Notes under the pieces: model-generated
Told to the model about the DNA's origin: nothing
What the model saw: only the letters and a program-made list of their open reading frames with translations
Databases searched by the model: none
Source of the DNA: an uncultured Nitrososphaerota archaeon
Lineage (GTDB): Archaea; Thermoproteota; Methanomethylicia; Methanomethylicales; Methanomethylicaceae
Reading direction: 5' to 3'
NCBI GenBank assembly: GCA_964617245.1
Contig: CAZTWF010000106.1
Location: forward strand, 25,811 to 89,810
DNA length: 64,000 nt
Part shown: one piece after another, positions 62,618 to 64,000 of the stretch
Layout of the letters: every line of letters begins with the position of its first letter
Position numbering within the stretch: position 1 is the stretch's first letter
Translations under genes and position numbers: made by a program

Positions 62618-63241
62618 ATGTCTAATATAAATAGTATTAAAGAAAATTCATTAAGACAACTTATGAAAGAAATAAGTCAATTTGTTTATAAAGCATCAGA
62701 TATGATTAATGATTCTGAAGTCAATACACTTATTAATATTCTTTTGGATGCTTTACAAAATAATAAAAAAATTCTTATTGTTGGTGTAGGAAGATCTGGA
62801 CTTGCAGGAAAAGCTTTTGCTATGCGTTTAATGCATCTTGGATTTAATGTTTATGTACTTGGTGATACTATAACACCTGCAGTTTATGAAGGAGATGTAG
62901 TTATTGCTATATCAGGCTCAGGAACTACTAGACTTATTATAACTGCAGCTTCTGCAGCAAAAGAAGTACATGCAAAGGTTATAGCTATTACATCACATAA
63001 AGATTCTCCATTAGCAAAAATAGCAGATTATGTAGTTATTGTTCCTGGAAGAACAAAAATTGCTACAGAAAGTGATTATACTATAAGACAAATTCTAGGA
63101 GAACATGAACCATTAGTTCCATTAGGTACATTATTTGAAATTACATTAAATGTATTTTTTGATAGTTTAGTTGCAGAATTAATGCAAAGACTTGGAAAAA
63201 CAGAACAAGATCTTAAAAAGCGTCATGCTACAATAGAATAA
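62618..63241 (+). CDS. hxlB: 6-phospho-3-hexuloisomerase (SIS domain)
   Basis: GVGRSGL..AFAMRLMHLG, ISGSGTT, PLGTLFE, RHATIE. Confidence 0.92.
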   Translation: MSNINSIKENSLRQLMKEISQFVYKASDMINDSEVNTLINILLDALQNNKKILIVGVGRSGLAGKAFAMRLMHLGFNVYVLGDTITPAVYEGDVVIAISGSGTTRLIITAASAAKEVHAKVIAITSHKDSPLAKIADYVVIVPGRTKIATESDYTIRQILGEHEPLVPLGTLFEITLNVFFDSLVAELMQRLGKTEQDLKKRHATIE

Positions 63242-63294
63242 TATGCAAAAATTTAAAAAATACCTAAGTATTCGCATTTTACGGGGCGTTAAAC

Positions 63295-64000
63295 TTGCCA
63301 AAATATAGACAGGTTGAAGAAATTGTAAAATTAATGAAGAATAAAGAACTTATTAGAAATATAGGTACTTTAGCTCATGTAGATCATGGTAAAACTACAT
63401 TATCTGATAGTTTATTAGCTGGAGCAGGTATTATATCACAAAAAGTAGCAGCTCAAGTATTGGCACTAGATTATGTTGAAATAGAACAGTTAAGACAAAT
63501 GACTGTTAAAGCTGCAAATATTAGTTTATTACATGAATGGAATGGAAGAAGCTATGTAATAAATCTTGTTGATACACCAGGACATGTAGACTTCACAGGA
63601 CATGTAACTCGTTCTTTAAGAGTTATGGATGGAGGTATATGTGTGGTAGATAGTGTTGAAGGTGTAATGACACAAACTGAAACTGTAATAAGACAAAGTA
63701 TGGAGGAACGTGTTAGACCATTACTTTATATAAATAAAATAGATCGTCTCATAAAGGAATTGCGTCTTACTCCACAAGAAATACAAGATCGTCTTATGAA
63801 GATTATTAAGGAGTTTAATGCATTAATTGAAACTTATGCAGATCCAGAATTTAGAGATAAATGGAAGGTAAATCCAAGTAAAGGACAAGTAGCTTTTGGA
63901 TCTGCATTACATAAATGGGGCTTTACATTACCAATAATTCAATCAAAAGGATTGAAGTTTTCAGATATTATTGATGCATATAATAGAAATGATCTAGAAT
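63295..64000 (+). CDS. fusA: Elongation factor aEF-2 (5' part; TTG start; runs out of window)
   Basis: Manual translation [41 protein letters not shown]...DTPGHVDF...YINKIDR. Confidence 0.96.
   Translation, partial: MPKYRQVEEIVKLMKNKELIRNIGTLAHVDHGKTTLSDSLLAGAGIISQKVAAQVLALDYVEIEQLRQMTVKAANISLLHEWNGRSYVINLVDTPGHVDFTGHVTRSLRVMDGGICVVDSVEGVMTQTETVIRQSMEERVRPLLYINKIDRLIKELRLTPQEIQDRLMKIIKEFNALIETYADPEFRDKWKVNPSKGQVAFGSALHKWGFTLPIIQSKGLKFSDIIDAYNRNDLE

Noticed and set aside
63480..63520. EF-2 switch I reads RQMTVKAAN instead of RGIT
   Set aside because: I recall the same variant in Thermoproteales EF-2; no insertion or BHB seen at this site.
1..64000. CRISPR arrays, IS/transposases, integrases, rRNA genes
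   Set aside because: No repeat-spacer periodicity, mobile-element ORF or long GC-rich RNA segment seen.

Overview
AT-rich archaeal core-genome window, TACK/Thermoproteota-like (aIF5B GHVDVGKT and EF-2 RQMTVKAAN are Thermoproteales-type motifs; a more exact taxon would be inference). It holds the 5' part of valS, the S10/spc/alpha ribosomal superoperons, an isoprenoid cluster, the L7Ae-aIF5B-aIF2gamma-KEOPS block, glmM/glmU, the exosome/proteasome superoperon, an ECF ATPase/T module, phi, and the 5' end of EF-2. No CRISPR array or mobile element was seen. Main discovery: the essential aIF5B (infB) gene is interrupted by a 22-nt frame-breaking insertion (31925-31946). The insertion folds into a perfect canonical bulge-helix-bulge, and cutting at the standard sites restores the switch-I motif GAMTQHIG. 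This is a tRNA-type intron in an mRNA other than cbf5, and cbf5 here is intron-less. Also found: tRNA-Ser(GGA) with two 12-nt introns, two unannotated C/D-box guide sRNAs, genes that appear to need ACG and CTG starts, a degenerate mevalonate-kinase-like gene, hairpins masking translation starts, and a 26-aa small ORF.
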